Shown here: piece by piece, positions 60,003 through 64,000 of the stretch
Layout of the letters: each line of letters opens with the position of its first letter
Numbering within the stretch: the stretch's first letter is position 1
Assembly: GCA_054600435.1 (NCBI GenBank)
Contig: BAAIJX010000001.1
Coordinates: 806,001-870,000, forward strand
Source of the DNA: Neophaeotheca triangularis
Taxonomy: Eukaryota
Length of the DNA stretch: 64,000 nucleotides
Direction: 5' to 3'
Notes under the pieces: model-generated
Database searches by the model: none
The model's input: only the letters and a program-made list of their open reading frames with translations
What the model was told of the DNA's origin: nothing
Translations under genes and position numbers: made by a program

Positions 60003-61388
60003 TATTGTGAACGGGGTGCCAGACCTCATCGGGAAAGCTGCCCTTGCGACGGAGGAAGGCATTGCTCAGAGTTCCCCGGGTCCATGGTCGCCGTGATTGA
60101 TACCCGTTTCTGAGATTGCGTGCAAACACCGCTAGACGATATGCGATGTAAGCATTGACACTACCGGCTCCAAAACTCTAGATCGCGAGTCAGTTGCGGC
60201 GTGGTTGATGCTGAACGACTTTCATCTCGCATCCCCCGGGTCATGAATTGGGAGATTCTGGGGCGTTGTGATTTCTTTTCAAAGTAGCAGTCGAGTTGCA
60301 AGGAGAAAGTTGAAACTCCACGAGGAAGCATCTGCTGGAGATCGTGTGCAGTTAGCGTTACCCGGGCCCAGTATTGAGGCCATGCGCAGACAGACGCCTC
60401 AGGCCGTTTTTCTCATCATTGTCATCTCATGCAAATTGTGGAAAGCGCAAAAAGGCAATCAATGCTCTGGAAATCAAGCGAGGTTCCGAGATTCTCCCTT
60501 TCCCTTTCTTTCCCTTTCCCGGGAAAGTGAAGATGTCTGACACTCTCAGCAATGAAATCAACCTCGCCGATTATTTCTAGCCCTCCCAAAGCCGTACTGA
60601 TGGTTTATCCGCGGATATAGCATGTTATGTATAGAGCATCTGGGAAGGCCTTATAAGCTGCAAAGTGTGGGCAAGTTCCGTTCAATCATGCCTGATGCAA
60701 CCTTGGTAGCGGGTCCAGCTCTCGTCGAACGTAGGAAAGAGAGCAACTAAGAGAAATCATTCTCATACCAAATACATATAGTACACACCCCTCATTTCTT
60801 CCCCTTAGTTCGGCAAATCTCCTCACAAGACCATTCGCGACTAAAGAGATCAGGCGGGGCATCAAGAAAAAGAGACCACAAAAACCAAAACCCCTCGGAT
60901 TAGAAAACCCGCGCTATGCATTTCTAGAAAGTCTCCATTCCAGCCCTTTTCCCCCTGTGTTGTGTGTTGCCCTTGCTCCCCCCAGTGACAGAAAACCGCC
61001 TTGAAAACACCCGACGACAAAAGCTAGACGCACATTGGTATCAAGAAATTAGGAAAGGAAAGGAAAGAAATTTGAGCAGACAAGCAAGCAAGCAGAGTAC
61101 GGAGAGCACGCCCTGCAGGGGCGATTACGAGTGATCTTTTCCGGCGTGGTGATTGTGGAGGTTTGGACGGCGGTCCAGCCGGCTGTCAGGCGCTCCTATG
61201 GTCGCGGGTTTGTGCTCGTTAGACGAGCGGTATTAGTGGGGAGATGAATATGTTGAACCGAGCGCAAGAAAACGGTTCTTCCTAAGCCGTGAACGCCGTT
61301 ACGAGGAACTGAAGCTTATCGGTAGATGGTTGTGGTCAGCGCGCTACTCTTTGAACCGATAACGAGACGAGAGTGGGTGCTGCGATTT

Positions 61389-64000
61389 CTAATACGCAGC
61401 AACCTCCGTGACGTGAGGCGCGAGGGTGCGAGTAGGCGTCTGGTGGTTTGCTTCGGCTTCTTGCATCATGGCATCTTCGTAGCCGATTAAGGCTTGAGAA
61501 TGGAGCTTGAAGGACTCGCCCATGAGTTTGGTGATGCTAGTATTGGGTCAGTCTTGTGTATCAAAACGTGATCGGGGATCGAGCAACTTACCCCCAGACA
61601 ACAACTTCGTCGATCATACTGCCCCACAGTCGGGCAACCGTGGAACTCAACTTTGTACCGAAGCCATCGACAGAGTCATCATCGAACAGATTCCTCAGCT
61701 TCTGATACATGACTTTCTCTTCATCCGTAGTGGGTTCGTCATCATGCTCGACCCTCCAAAGCCAGAGACTGAGGATGACGATTAGGTCCAGTCCGCAAAG
61801 AGGGTGCTCGATGCTCCAGTTGGTAGCAGAAGTGCGTGCGACCCATCTGATGCCTTGTAGAGCAGCGACCTCGATGCAGTCGAAGCAGGCTTGGATGACG
61901 TTGATCATCTCCTGGCTTCTCTTGACCTTGTCACGGGCATTAGTCATGGCTGCGGCAACCTCGTAAGAGTCGTGGTAACGCAAGGCTTCTTGAACCGCTT
62001 TCAGATCGACGAGTAGCCTTGCGCGAGTGTTGCGATACATGGCCATTGCGTTGAAAATCAATGGATGACCTTTGTGCGGCGCACTGAGCTGCACAACAAC
62101 AGTCTCGGGCTCACAAATCTCGAGCGACTTCTCCCAAGTGTCCAGCGCCAACCGGAGCTTGTACTCGGTGACAACATCTTGTAGGGCTTCCGGACTACGC
62201 TTGTGATACCAGACTTCCAAAAAGAGCGCGTTGATCATGACTCTGGTAGCGAAGGCGCTATACCGGGCAGTTTCTCCTTGAAATAAAGCATCGTGTGCTT
62301 CCCGGAATGTGGTGAGTGTCGACGCGTTCAAGCTCTCCAACCAACCTTCGTTATCTACCACCTCTTGATTCCACAGTGTTTCAGAAGACGGCAGCTCCAG
62401 CGTGTCGAACTCGTTGAAGCTTATCGCAGGAGTGTGATTGTAGGTGAGGGTGAGGAGACCGAAGAAGATGTAAACGGCATAGTACGTTCGTCGGCAGCCC
62501 TCGTCCTCGATCCATTCCTCATGGCTCGGTTGACGACCCTCACGCGCTTCGGAGCGCAGCTTGAGCTCATACCTATTTCCGGCTACCATGTTAGCCAACA
62601 GGCTCTTAATTGAGCAAGCCCACTCCAAGCCCTTGGGGTCACCACTCCAGCTAGCAAAGCTCATGTTGAGCAGCGAACTCTGCATCATCCATAGCGGGCA
62701 CTTGCGCGAGCTGAAGTTGTCCTTCTTCTGCAGGAACTGGGTGACAAGAACCTTGGATCCGATGTGAAGCATGTATGCTTGGTCCTGCTCAAAGGTATAG
62801 AGCGCGCCTATCGAGAGTACAGACAGCAAAAGCGGCGCGGAGACTCTAGCCGGGTCGAAAGAGGCAGGGTGCAAGAAGGGGAGATGGTGGTGGAAGAAGT
62901 TGAAGTAAGTCGACATGTACCGATTGAGGACGGAGGTGTTGGGCAGACGGAAAGTTTCGACGAGGGCGCCCTCGCTGTCACAGCGTCTGATGTTCTCCAT
63001 TATGCGGTTGATCTGCTCTTCGTTTTCCACTTGTGGAGCCTTAGCCATGGTGCACTGCTGCGCTGGGCCCGGAGAGCGACGATAGTCGACAGGTGACACT
63101 GGACCCATCATGGAGGGGAATGGTGAGAGCGCGCCTGGGGTAGCCAGACCGCCCATCATCGACGATGAGCCAAAGGACGGCAGTCCATCAGCCGAGGCAC
63201 CCTGTTGACGGTCCATCAAAGGCGGTACGGCATTTGAACCGGTGGCCATGGCATTGCCGTTTCCGTACGGCAACATGTTCTCGTTGTGCATATTGTCGTT
63301 CTGCAAGCTGTCGTTGTGCATGTCCGGGTTCGACGTTATGGACGAAGGCTTTGGTTGGCTGACGTTCTGCGGTAGCATCTGGTCCCAGCCCTGCATCTGC
63401 GGAAGCGTCATGGTGCCTGGACCGTAGTTCAAAGGCTGATCCATCATCTGCGGGCCGTGAGGTGTGATGAGAGGCTCAGCGTGCATTTCGTCTGGCTCTT
63501 GTCCAGACATTGCGGCTTTTTGTTGAAAGTTGGCCATCAGCATGGCAGCTTGCTCCACGCCGAACATCTCATTACCATCACCAAACTGCTCGAGGGCGGC
63601 GTCGTCGAGCTCTGGTAGTTTGGCGGGCGGGTCGTCGGCGGGCGGCGATGACTTGGACGTGTTGCCCGTGTTGCGCCTCTTGGAGTCGCTTTGGAGTGGC
63701 ACGCCGCCATCCTTGGCGTGGACGGTGCGGTCGTGTCGTAGGAGCAGGTCGCGGCGCACAAAAGTACTGCGGCACTTTAGACATTTGAAAGGGCGCTCTT
63801 TGGTATCTACAGTGATGAGAAGATGGATGGGTTAGCTTGGTGCTCTTCGATGCCCCGCCAGCCCACTTTCGTCGCGTACAGAGCAACACCCCACTACACG
63901 ACCGACTTTTTGGGACGAGGGAAAAGGGACGACTTACGCGATCTTTCATGTCTGCTCCTATGTTCCGATCTGCTGAAGGCGCGGTTGCAAAACTGGCACT
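61389..64000 (-). CDS. C2H2 zinc-finger plus fungal-specific TF domain protein (Klf1-like), 5' partial
   Basis: CQFCNRAFSRSEHRSRHERSH, intron 63937-63807, TKERPFKCLKCRSTFVRRDLLLRHDRTVH..FHHHLPFLH..WIEDEGCRRTYY; last intron 61591-61537; stop at 61389-61391. Confidence 0.9.

Overview
Gene-dense eukaryotic DNA from a filamentous ascomycete. Short GT-AG introns with CTRAC branch sites, a dispersed 5S gene and a Zn2Cys6 factor point to Pezizomycotina; Dothideomycetes is my inference. I can support about 21 mostly housekeeping protein genes: LMBR1-like, MDR oxidoreductase, galactonate dehydratase, DnaJ, metallophosphoesterase, ERG24, MRL1, RPS12, EFM4, a methyltransferase, EFG1, SEA4, Asg1-like TF, PFF1, CLU1, a P-loop ATPase, an F-box protein, (6-4) photolyase, a P450, a PAP-like/MJ1316 protein and a C2H2 TF. 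There are also two hypothetical ORFs and an intron-containing elongator tRNA-Met. The most unusual element is a 5S rRNA gene (38020-38246, minus strand) that keeps its -29 TATA, paired helices, internal promoter and terminator but is interrupted in loop C by two palindrome-rich insertions (27 and 81 nt). Other points of interest are a catalytically degenerate poly(A) polymerase-MJ1316 fusion and recurrent C/A-to-G/T strand-skew switches that ignore gene orientation. I saw no transposase, recombinase or CRISPR array. All homology calls are from motif recognition by eye, not database searches.
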